A stretch of 33,567 bases of DNA from Macrostomum lignano. Its lineage: Eukaryota. The first letter of the stretch is position 1, and each line of letters opens with the position of its first letter. Made by a program: the position numbers and the translations under genes. Positions 23,001-33,567 of this stretch are shown in pieces. A model generated the notes under the pieces. It was not told where the DNA came from, ran no database searches, and saw nothing but the letters and a program-made list of their open reading frames with translations. The stretch is from the NCBI GenBank assembly GCA_002269645.1, contig NIVC01001590.1, positions 1 through 33,567 on the forward strand, read 5' to 3'.

Positions 23001-26000
23001 CTGTTTCCTAGGGAACTGGTTGAAACTGGTGAAGGACTGATCTGGGCTCTGTTCTTCGCTATGGCAAGTTTAATGATATTTTTTGTCTTGTAAGATAGAT
23101 AATTAAATTTGACAAAGCAGTTGTCAGGTTTGATTGAGTTTAGTGTCAGATTTGATTGAGTTTCGTGTCAGGTTTAATTGAGTTTAGTGTCGGAGTTGAT
23201 TCAGTTTAGTGTCAAATTTGATTGAGTTTAGTGTCAGGTTTGATTAAGTTTAGTGTCAGGTTTGATTGAGTTTAGTAGCAGGTTTGATTGAGTTTAGTGT
23301 CAGGTTTGATTGAGTTTAGTGTCAAATTTGATTGAGTTTAGTGTCAGATTTGATTGAGTTTAGTGTCAGGTTTGATTGAGTTTAGTGTCAGGTTTGATTG
23401 AGTTTAGTGTCAGGTTTGATTGACTTTAGTGTCAGGTTTGATTGAGTTTAGTGTCAGGTTTGATTGAGTATAGTGTCAGATTTGATTGAGTTTAGTGTCA
23501 GGTTTGATTGAGTTTAGTGTCAGGTTTGATTAAGTTTAGTGTCAGGTTTGATTGAGTTTAGTGTCAGATTTGATTGAGTTTAGTGTCAAATCGGATTTAG
23601 TTTAGTGTCAGATTTTTTATTGAGTTTAGTGTCAAATCGGATTGAATTTAGTGTCAGGTTTGATTGAGTTTAGTGTCAGGTTTGATTAAGTTTAGTGTCA
23701 AATCGGATTTAGTTTAGTGTCAGATTTTTTATTGAGTTTAGTGTCAAATCGGATTGAATTTAGTGTCAGGTTTGATTGAGTTTAGTGTCAGATCGGATTG
23801 AGTTTAGTGTCAGATTTGATTTAGTTTAGTGTCAGATTTGATTTATTTTAGTGTCAGGTTTGATTTAGTTTAGTGTCAGGTTTGATTGAGTTTAGTGTCA
23901 GATTTGATTGAGCTTGGTGTCAGATTTGATTGAGTTTAGTGTCAGATTTGATTGAGTTTAGTGTCAGGTTTGATTGAGTTTAGTAGCAGGTTTGATTGAG
24001 TTTAGTGTCAGATTTGATTCAGTTAAGTGTCAAATTTGATTGAGTTTAGTGTCAGATTTGATTGAGTTTAGTGTCAGGTTTGATTAAGTGTAGTGTCAGG
24101 TTTGATTGAGTTTAGTGTCAGGTTTGATTGAGTTTAGTGTCAGGTTTGATTGAGTTTAGTGTCAGGTTTGATTGAGTTTAGTGTCGGAGTTGATTTAGTT
24201 TAGTGTCAAATTTGATTGAGTTTAGTGTCAGATTTGATTGAGTTTAGTGTCAAATTTGATTGAGTTTAGTGTCAGGTTTGATTGAGTTTAGTGTCAGGTT
24301 TGATTGAGTTTAGTGTCAGGTTTGATTGAGTTTAGTGTCAGGTTTGATTGAGTATAGTGTCAGATTTGATTGAGTTTAGTGTCAGGTTTGATTGAGTTTA
24401 GTGTCAGGTTTGATTAAGTTTAGTGTCAGGTTTGATTGACTTTAGTGTCAGATTTGATTGAGTTTAGTGTCAGATTTGATTGAGTTTAGTGTTAGGTTTG
24501 ATTGAGTTTAGTGTCAAATCGGATTTAGTTTAGTGTCAGATTTTTTATTGAGTTTAGTGTCAAATCGGATTGAATTTAGTGTCAGGTTTGATTGAGTTTA
24601 GTGTCAAATCGGATTTAGTTTAGTGTCAGATTTTTTATTGAGTTTAGTGTCAAATCGGATTGAATTTAGTGTCAGGTTTGATTGAGTTTAGTGTCAGATC
24701 GGATTGAGTTTAGTGTCAGATTTGATTTAGTTTAGTGTCAGATTTGATTTATTTTAGTGTCAGGTTTGATTTAGTTTAGTGTCAGGTTTGATTGAGTTTA
24801 GTGTCAGATTTGATTGAGCTTGGTGTCAGATTTGATTGAGTTTAGTGTCAGATTTGATTGAGTTTAGTGTCAGGTTTGATTGAGTTTAGTGTCAGGTTTG
24901 ATTGAGTTTAGTGTCAGATTTGATTCAGTTAAGTGTCAAATTTGATTGAGTTTAGTGTCAGATTTGATTGAGTTTAGTGTCAGGTTTGATTAAGTGTGTG
25001 TCAGGTTTGATTGAGTTTAGTGTCAGGTTTGATTGAGTTTAGTGTCAGGTTTGATTGAGTTTAGTGTCAGGTTTGATTGAGTTTAGTGTCAGGTTTGATT
25101 GAGTTTAGTGTCAGGTTTGATTGAGTTTAGTGTCAGGTTTGATTGACTTTAGTGTCAGGTTTGATTGAGTTTAGTGTCAGGTTTGATTGAGTATAGTGTC
25201 AGATTTGATTGAGTTTAGTGTCAGGTTTGATTGAGTTTAGTGTCAGGTTTGATTAAGTTTAGTGTCAGGTTTGATTGAGTTTAGTGTCAGATTTGATTGA
25301 GTTTAGTGTCAGATTTGATTGAGTTTAGTGTTAGGTTCGATTGAGTTTAGTGTCAAATCGGATTTAGTTTAGTGTCAGATTTTTTATTGAGTTTAGTGTC
25401 AAATCGGATTGAATTTAGTGTCAGGTTTGATTGAGTTTAGTGTCAGATTTGATTGAGTTTAGTGTCAGGTTTGATTGAGTTTAGTGTCAGGTTTGATTGA
25501 GTATAGTGTCAGATTTGATTGAGTTTAGTGTCAGGTTTGATTGAATTTAGTGTCAGGTTTGATTGAGTTTAGTGTCAGGTTTGATTGAGTTTAGTGTCAG
25601 GTTTGATTAAGTTTAGTGTCAGGTATGATTGAGTTTAGTGTCAGATTTGATTGAGTTTAGTGTCAGATTTGATTGAGTTTAGTGTTAGGTTTGATTGAGT
25701 TTAGTGTCAAATCGGATTTAGTTTAGTGTCAGATTTTTTATTGAGTTTAGTGTCAAATCGGATTGAATTTAGTGTCAGGTTTGATTGAGTTTAGTGTCAA
25801 ATCGGATTGAATTTAGTGTCAGGTTTGATTGAGTTTAGTGTCAGATCGGATTGAGTTTAGTGTCAGATTTGATTTAGTTTAGTGTCAGATTTGATTTATT
25901 TTAGTGTCAGGTTTGATTTAGTTTAGTGTCAGGTTTGATTGAGTTTAGTGTCAGATTTGATTGAGCTTGGTGTCAGATTTGATTGAGTTTAGTGTCAGAT

Positions 26001-29000
26001 TTGATTGAGTTTAGTGTCAGGTTTGATTGAGTTTAGTGTCAGGTTTGATTGAGTTTAGTGTCAAATCGGATTTAGTTTAGTGTCAGATTTTTTATTGAGT
26101 TTAGTGTCAAATCGGATTGAATTTAGTGTCAGATTTTTTATTGAGTTTAGTGTCAAATCGGATTGAATTTAGTGTCAGGTTTGATTGAGTTTAGTGTCAG
26201 ATCGGATTGAGTTTAGTGTCAGATTTGATTTAGTTTAGTGTCAGATTTTTTTTTTTTTAGTGTCAGGTTTGATTTAGTTTAGTGTCAGGTTTGATTGAGT
26301 TTAGTGTCAGATTTGATTGAGCTTGGTGTCAGATTTGATTGAGTTTAGTGTCAGATTTGATTGAGTTTAGTGTCAGGTTTGATTGAGTTTAGTGTCAGGT
26401 TTGATTGAGTTTAGTGTCAGATTTGATTCAGTTAAGTGTCAAATTTGATTGAGTTTAGTGTCAGATTTGATTGAGTTTAGTGTCAGGTTTGATTAAGTGT
26501 AGTGTCAGGTTTGATTGAGTTTAGTGTCAGGTTTGATTGAGTTTAGTGTCAGGTTTGATTGAGTTTAGTGTCAGGTTTGATTGAGTTTAGTGTCAGGTTT
26601 GATTGAGTTTAGTGTCGGAGTTGATTCAGTTTAGTGTCAGGTTTGATTGAGTTTAGTGTCAGATTTGATTGAGTTTAGTGTCAGATTTTATTGAGTTTAG
26701 TGTTAGGTTTGATTGAGTTTAGTGTCAAATCGGATTTAGATTAGTGTCAGATTTTTTATTGAGTTTAGTGTCAAATCGGATTGAATTTAGTGTCAGGTTT
26801 GATTGAGTTTAGTGTCAGATTTGATTGAGTTTAGTGTCAGGTTTGATTGAGTTTAGTGTCAGGTTTGATTGAGTATAGTGTCAGATTTGATTGAGTTTAG
26901 TGTCAGGTTTGATTGAGTTTAGTGTCAGGTTTGATTGAGTTTAGTGTCAGGTTTGATTGAGTTTAGTGTCAGGTTTGATTGAGTTTAGTGTCAGATTTGA
27001 TTGAGTTTAGTGTTAGGTTTGATTGAGTTTAGTGTCAGGTTTTATTGAGTTTAGTATCAAATCGGATTTAGTTTAGTGTCAGATTTTTTTTGAGTTTAGT
27101 GTCAAATCGGATTGAATTTAGTGTCAGGTTTGGTTGAGTTTAGTGTCAGGTTTGATTGAGTTTAGTGTCAAATCGGATTTAGTTTAGTGTCAGACTTTTT
27201 ATTGAGTTTAGTGTCAAATCGGATTGAATTTAGTGTCAGGTTTGATTGAGTTTAGTGTCAGATCGGATTGAGTTTAGTGTCAGATTTGATTTAGTTTAGT
27301 GTCAGGTTTGATTTAGTTTAGTGTCAGATTTGATTGAGTTTAGTGTCAGGTTTGATTGAGTTTAGTGTCAGGTTTGATTGAGTTTAGTGTCAGGTTTGAT
27401 TGAGTTTAGTGTCGGAGTTGATTCAGTTTAGTGTCAAATTTGATTGAGTTTAGTGTCAGATTTGATTGAGTTTAGTGTCAGGTTTGATTGAGTTTAGTGT
27501 CAGGTTTGATTGAGTTTAGTGTCAGGTTTGATTGAGTTTAGTGTAGGAGTTGATTCAGTTTAGTGTCAGGTTTGATTGAGTTTAGTGTCAGATTTGATTG
27601 AGTTTAGTGTCAGATTTGATTGAGTTTAGTGTTAGGTTTGATTGAGTTTAGTGTCAAATCGGATTTAGTTTAGTGTCAGATTTTTTATTGAGTTTAGTGT
27701 CAAATCGGATTGAATTTAGTGTCAGGTTTGATTGAGTTTAGTGTCAGATTTGATTGAGTTTAGTGTCAGGTTTGATTGAGTTTAGTGTCAGGTTTGATTG
27801 AGTATAGTGTCAGATTTGATTGAGTTTAGTGTCAGGTTTGATTGAGCTTGGTGTCAGATTTGATTGGGTTTAGTGTCAGATTTGATTGAGTTTAGTGTCA
27901 GATTTGATTGAGTTTAGTGTCAGGTTTGATTGAGTTTAGTGTCAAATTTGATTGAGTTTAGTGTCAGATTTGATTGAGTTTAGTGTCAGGTTTGATTGAG
28001 TTTAGTGTCAGGTTTTATTGAGTTTAGTGTCAGGTTTGATTGAGTTTAGTGTCAAATTTGATTGAGTTTAGTGTCAGATTTGATTGAGTTTAGTGTCAAA
28101 TCGGATTTAGTTTAGTGTCAGATTTTTTATTAAGTTTAGTGTCAAATCGGATTGAATTTAGTGTCAGGTTTGATTGAGTTTAGTGTCAGGTTTGATTGAG
28201 TTTAGAGTCAGATCGGATTGAGTTTAGTGTCAGATTTGATTTAGTTTAGTGTCAGGTTTGATTGAGTTTAGTGTCAGGTTTGATTGAGTTTAGTGTCAGA
28301 TTTGATTGAGCTTGGTGTCAGATTTGATTGAGTTTAGTGTCAGGTTTGATTGAGTTTAGTGTCAGGTTTGATTGAGTTTAGTGTCAGGTTTGGTTGAGTT
28401 TAGTGTCAGATTTAATTGAGTTTAGTGTCAGGTTTGATTGACTTTAGTGTCAGATTTAATTGAGTTTAGTGTCAGATTTGATTGAGTTTAGTGTCAGGTT
28501 TGATTAAGTGTAGTGTCAGGTTTGATTGAGTTTAGTGTCAGGTTTGATTGAGTTTAGTGTCAGTGTTGATTGAGTGTCGTGTCAGATTTGATTGAGTTTA
28601 GTGTCAAATTTGATTGAGTTAAGTGTCAGGTTTGATTGAGTTTAGTGTCAAATTTGATTGAGTGTAGTCTCAGGTTTGATTGAGTTTAGTGTCAAGTTTG
28701 ATAAATTTAGATCAATTTCAGTGCTCAGTATAAAGTTGAATTAGAAAAGAAACAAATGTACTCCAACTCAACCAACCAGAGGTTTTTCGAGCTGTCCTTG
28801 GCCATCTACTCAACTTGCCCGGAGACTCCGCCCTTCGCTCGACAATAGAAATAAACCTGCCAAAACTGATTGAAAGTCTAGGAAGACTTTGCGCTTTGTT
28901 TGTGCGCTGTGTTGTCCAAGAGAATGGACTCTACCATCCGTACTGGCTGGACGTTGGCTTCTGGTCCGAAGTTTCAGGTGGAAGCAGCAGCAACTTGAGC

Positions 29001-30790
29001 CGCAACAACAAGCAGCAACAGCAGGAGACTCAAAGACGTCCTAGTAGCATTCAATCGGAAAGTATTGAGAGCAACGCTTTTATTGACGGCAGTTGTGTCA
29101 GCTTCTCGGGTGTTGTCGAACGATTCACAGGCTCGTCGTCCGGTCTGCTGACATCTTCGACGGTGTACAGCGGCGACAGTCGAGAGGAAACTGTCAATCG
29201 ATGTCCCTGGCTGCATGCCTATTGCTATTTGCCAATAATCTGTTGTTGCAGCCTGCCCAATGTCCGGCTAGATGGAGGTGACACGATTGAGGATCTGCTT
29301 GCTCGGGCGTTTAATAATGGCTCGAGCGACTGGGAGACCAGGGCTCCGTATGTCTTCACGGATGCCGGTCATTCGAGGCTGTTTGTTAGCGTTATTAACT
29401 CGATACAGTTGTCAGAGCTCCTGGAGCAGGTAATAGGTTCTTTATTGATTTGGAGAAAATTTGTGATTTTGGAAAGTTTAATTGATTGGAGGAATTTAAA
29501 TGATTTGGGGAAGTTATTGATTTGGGAAAGCTTAATGATCTGAGGAAGTTTAAGTGATTTTGTTTAATGATTTGAGGAAGTAAACTTCATATCCTATCCT
29601 AACGTCCCATCCTATTTTCAGGTACTAAGTGAGGTGCAGTTTCTCTCCCAATACGGCATCCGCACCATGTCGATGCTTCATACCTGCGACACGGCCTCCG
29701 TCAGACTGTCTATGGGCCGGCGAGAATCTTCTACAAATTCTTCTTTGTCAGAACCGGAAGTTAAGCAGCAAAAGCTGGCTAGCTACACTTTGAGTCAGGA
29801 ATTCTGCCCAGGCGCTTCCGTGAGCAGCTCGTACGGAGGCAACACCAACTGGTATGGTGGGATTAACCTCCCTTATAACTACCTGCTCCTGGAGGCCATG
29901 CACCGTTGGTCCACTGTGTTGGATAAGAAATTCGATCTAATCGAATATCCATCCTACTCTGGGCGTTATAAACTAATAAACGAGATTGTGCAAGAGTTGG
30001 CCTCAAGGAATGCCGCGTTGTTTCTGCCGAATTCCAGTGGTGAGAAATGTTGTTTAATAATAGAATTTACTACTGAGGCAAGGCTGTGGCAGAGAGGGGA
30101 GTGGGGTAAGGGAGGGACAGACGGGGAGTGGGGTAAGGGAGGGACAGACGGGGAGTGGGGTAAGGGAGGGACAGACGGGGAGTGGGGTAAGGGAGGGACA
30201 GACGGGGAGTGGGGTAAGGGAGGGACAGACGGGGAGTGGGGTAAGGGAGGGACAGACGGGGAGTGGGGTAAGGGAGGGACAGACGGGGAGTGGGGTAAGG
30301 GAGGGACAGACGGGGAGTGGGGTAAGGGAGGGACAGACGGGGAGTGGGGTAAGGGAGGGACAGACGGGGAGTGGGGTAAGGGAGGGACAGACGGGAGTGG
30401 GGTAAGGGAGGGACAGACGGGGAGTGGGGTAAGGGAGGGACAGACGGGGAGTGGGGTAAGGGAGGGACAGACGGGGAGTGGGGTAAGGGAGGGACAGACG
30501 GGAAGTGGGGTGAGGGAGGGACAGAGAAGGGAGTGGGGTGAGGGTGGCAGAGGTTTAACAAGGCTTAAAAGAGATCAGCTACACGTGACTCTGTACTCTC
30601 GCACCCACCTGGACTCCTAACCGATGCCGCCGCAGGCGTGATCCCCAGCACGGGCTTGGAAGCCAGATGCGGCCTGCAATTCTACGAAACTTTCGATGGC
30701 GACACAGGCCGAGGCCACGGCGCCGCGCATAAAGGCGGCTGGAGCGCCATCATAGTGAGGATTCTGATGCTGATGCACGGAATCGATTAA
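20056..30790 (+). CDS. MGH1-like / YMR196W-like glycoside hydrolase (GH63-type (alpha/alpha)6 glucosidase), 5 exons
   Basis: Exons about 20056-20833, 21279-22010 (internal frameshift near 21740-21790), 22856-23063, ~28780-29430 and 29622-30039, then 30636-30790. Family motifs: WGPYMSQREWGTVRE, EDGIFG, LKERFYGLTNSQGAHGEDVKE, LLWNRQYY, PDKWEQPYLAAWD, WWLQRRD...GGICGVDY, YGGNTNWYGGINLPYNYLLLEA, terminal QFYETFDGDTGRGHGAAHKGGW. The last exon is not in the ORF track. Confidence 0.88.
20945..21230 (+). mobile_element. Degenerate tRNA-like head plus structured body in GH63 intron 1; probable second SINE family
   Basis: GCAGCTCAGCGGTAAAAGC-TTCTGACTCTAACGCCG...GATTCGATTTC resembles A-box, anticodon arm and B-box; no acceptor stem was found. 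Only one copy in the window. Confidence 0.35.
22083..22398 (+). mobile_element. tRNA-derived CORE-like SINE (copy 2), GH63 intron 2
   Basis: Same A/B boxes, central and 3' domains as 12455-12723, plus ~43 extra internal bases (22241-22283). (ATT)n tail. 11-bp TSD ATCCCTAGTAA at 22072-22082 and 22399-22409. Confidence 0.9.
23122..28702 (+). repeat. 5.6-kb satellite of a 22-bp unit (AGTGTCAGGTTTGATTGAGTTT), ~250 copies, filling GH63 intron 3
   Basis: Continuous tandem array read directly, with recurring variant monomers. Confidence 0.97.
30096..30547 (+). repeat. 27-bp G-rich minisatellite (GGGGAGTGGGGTAAGGGAGGGACAGAC), ~16 copies, last GH63 intron
   Basis: Near-perfect tandem copies between the donor AGTG|GTGAGA (~30039) and the acceptor CGCAG|GC (30635). 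The GGTDGEWGK peptide repeats are read-through artefacts. Confidence 0.95.
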
Positions 30791-31544
30791 TACGCTAGCT
30801 GCCTGATAACCGATATGAAACCCCCCGTGTTTCTTTAATAATTCAGCATACTTTTCCGGCAAAGACATTTTTGAACTGTTGAGCGTCCTTTTTGCTTTTA
30901 ATCTCAATTTCATATTTTTGATTGTCAACTTATTTCTTAGTTAGTGCTGGTCTGATTTTTTTCAAGTAAAATAAATCGAAAGATAAATTTTCCGCTTATT
31001 TATTGAGCCAAGTTTTTTTATTAGTTAAAAAGGTACAGAATCTACTTACACAATTATTTTTGTACTTTCTTAAACATAGGTTTCAAGAGAGCAACGTTAA
31101 GCATGTATGAATTAAAGCAGAATGGTTGCAGCGAGAAAAGGTTAGTAAAAAATAACTTTCTACATACATTTATTAAACAAAAGTACACAATTTGTACGTT
31201 AGTTTGGTAATAACTATCATAGATACAAGCCTATGATTCCTGCCATAGAAATGCAAAATCAATAAGGACATTTATATTTACCCGAATTTTATCACTCGAA
31301 ATGTCTCTCGATCGGTAGGTCATTGGTTCGAATTTTCTGTATCTGCTCAAATATTTCAAAACTTTTAGCCTCAATCTCGCATGAGTTCTTAGAAACGAGA
31401 AATTGCAGAAACCTGCTATAAAATGTTGATTCACGTATCAAAATCTTGTTTTTACGTTAGCCGATATGTATCGAAAGTAAGCTTTATAAATCAGAAAATA
31501 CAGTAGCACCGTAATTGACGTTCCAGCTGGCTTGTTACTTGCGC

Positions 31545-32740
31545 TTAGACGTCCCCGCCGCCGATAAGCTCGCCAGGCAGGGAGTACCATCGCAGATTCG
31601 GATCGTAGACGAACAATCGCGACGAGCTGGCAGCGTCTTGATCCCGAATCCATGCCCAAATCAGCTTCGCCTTCCTGCTGCTCATCAGCTGATTGTCCCT
31701 GATGTACTCAAGCACATTACCGTACGCGATCGTGTCGTTTGGATCGCGCATGTCGCAGCTACGCGAGTCGACGTCCTCGAGTCGGGCAGATCGCACCGAG
31801 CCATTGTCCGGGCTGAAGTACACCACAGGGATTTGCTTCTTCTTGGCAGTTGCTGCGGTTGCACCCGCAGCGCCGCCGCCTCCTTTCTTGGTTCCGGCGA
31901 CCTTGATGCGCCTGCGGCGGTTATTGGCGCTCCGCTTTCCAGCTGGCTGCTGCGGCTGTTGCTGTTGCTGCTGCTGTTGCTGTTGCTCAGCTCGGGAAGA
32001 TGGCAGCAATGTAGGTGGTGGATGCTGAGGCGACGGTAGCTTCTGCTGCTGCTGCTGCTGTGTTTTGTGGTGGTTAGTTTTATTCGGTGCTGCAGGTCGC
32101 ACCGTCGGCGGCTCGGCCCCGGTCTCTGATTTGGCATCAGTTGTCGCGGCAGTTGCCAGGGGCGACGAAGCGGTGGCTGCTGCGCAGCGACCGTCAAGGA
32201 CTGCTGTTGCTGCTGTTGCTGCTGTTGCTGCTGCTGCTGCTGTTGCGGCTGTCTGACCGTTAACTTCCCACCTCCATCAGACCTGCTCGTAGTAATTATC
32301 GGTAGATAATTTTGATTCGCGTCCAAATAATTGTTACCATTACTATTGTTATTGTTGTTGCCGTTGTTGCTGTTGTTGGTTCAACTGGCTGCAGTCTCTG
32401 CCAGACCACCGGACGAAGGATTTGACCGCCTGGCCGCGCCGTCCTGCTGACCCAGCGGTGGAAGCACGCCAGTGGAAGGTGTCGCTCCGGGTGCCAGTTT
32501 GGGACTCTGACGGTTGCTAAGCGCCTGCTGATGCTGAGTGACTTCCTTGGATACCACAGGCTGCTTTTTCTGCTGTTGCTGTTGCTGACTTCTTTCAAAT
32601 AATCTCAGGGTCTCTGACAGGCTGGCTCGTTGGCTTCCTAGCTTTGTCACTGGAGCCCCGTTGCCCGGTTACCGCCACTGCCGCCGCCGCTGTAGACTTG
32701 CTTTGCTGCGCCGAAATGCCGCCTCTGATTGAAGCGTTTG

Positions 32741-32780
<40 letters not shown>

Positions 32781-32838
32781 TGTTGCTGTTGTTGTTGTGG
32801 CTGCTTTCGGAACTGCCGCAGAAGTCTGATGAAAACAA
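31545..32838 (-). CDS. Unidentified polyQ/polyN/polyS low-complexity protein with a C-terminal globular-looking segment; 5' exons unresolved
   Basis: Colinear ORFs 32838-32647, 32650-32381, 32326-~32180 and ~32180-31545 with CAG/AAC tracts, separated by apparent -1 shifts and one in-frame TGA (32381-32383). Non-repetitive tail PVVYFSPDNG...YGNVLEYIRDNQLMSSRKAKLIWAWIRD...LFVYDPNLRWY. Confidence 0.5.
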
Positions 32839-33567
32839 CTGTAGTGTTGAAACTGAAATACGTGGGAAAAGTCAGTATAGGCTTATATATAAGCTGCGTT
32901 AGCAGTGATCTACATTGGTAAAGTAGGGAACATTAGTTGTACATCTATAGAAACTACTTACTAAATAATTGATGCAAGTTTCTCAGTCATTTTTTACAAT
33001 AAAAATGGGGAATGATATATGATTGTAAAGAATAGGAGAAATTGTATCAGATTTGAGAGATCTGCTTTCCGGGGACTTATATAGGCTCTATAACTAACAT
33101 GCACTTCTGCTTAGGAGGAAAGAAGGAAATGCTTTGAAGCAAGCGGGGGTTCTGCAACAGGTAAGTGGGTTGCAGTTTCCATAGCGGAGGTGCAGGTAGC
33201 ACCGGGGATTCCGGACTGCCTAAACAATTGGCTGTAAGCTCCACAATTGCTTCCACTATAGACAGCCTTCCTCTACTGCTCTCCTCTCTCTCTCTCCTAG
33301 TTAGGAGCAGAAAAATGCGCTCCCCAATACAAGCCATCCGCTAGGTAGCAACGCCTATATACTGCCAGCTTAAAATTCATTGCTTTTAATTATGAATATT
33401 TCTGCATGGCCAAGCATTGCAGAAGCTTATAGCTGCTCCTATAACAATGGCTGATTGCGTGTGTAAAGAGAGTAAATAGTCAAACAGGAAGACAGAGAGA
33501 GAGAGAGCGGAGGAAAGTGAGAAAGGAAACAGTGTTGTCCCACGATTTAGCGGGCTGCACTTCTTGA

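Noticed and set aside
30070-30620. ORFs with GGTDGEWGK / SLPYPTPRL peptide repeats
   Set aside because: They are translations of the 27-bp intronic minisatellite. The true last exon with the catalytic motif is at 30636-30790.
30617-30928. Minus-strand 103-aa ORF overlapping the GH63 last exon
   Set aside because: Its 3' half is the antisense of a conserved exon, and no supported splice link to the polyQ gene was found.

Overview
This window is eukaryotic (animal) genomic DNA, not prokaryotic: it has short GT-AG introns, intronic minisatellites, tRNA-derived SINEs and hAT-type MITEs. The style resembles a free-living flatworm such as Macrostomum, which is an inference only. Genes that can be reconstructed are a PAN/apple + fibrinogen-domain protein (-), NSUN6 (+, 7 exons), SLX4 (+, UBZ-MLR-BTB-SAP), an intronless DEG/ENaC channel (-), a YMR196W/MGH1-like GH63-type glucosidase (+, 5 exons, one intron being a 5.6-kb 22-bp satellite) and an unidentified polyQ/N-rich gene (-). 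Several genes carry apparent single-base deletions in the same direction, most simply long-read consensus errors. The most unusual signal is a sharply bounded ~3.7-kb island (about 5.5-9.2 kb) almost devoid of CpG and rich in CTAG/TA. MITE inverted repeats inside it record CG->TG/CA/TA decay, and a possible spliced gene relic lies within it. No CRISPR array, rRNA or functional tRNA was found. All analysis was manual.
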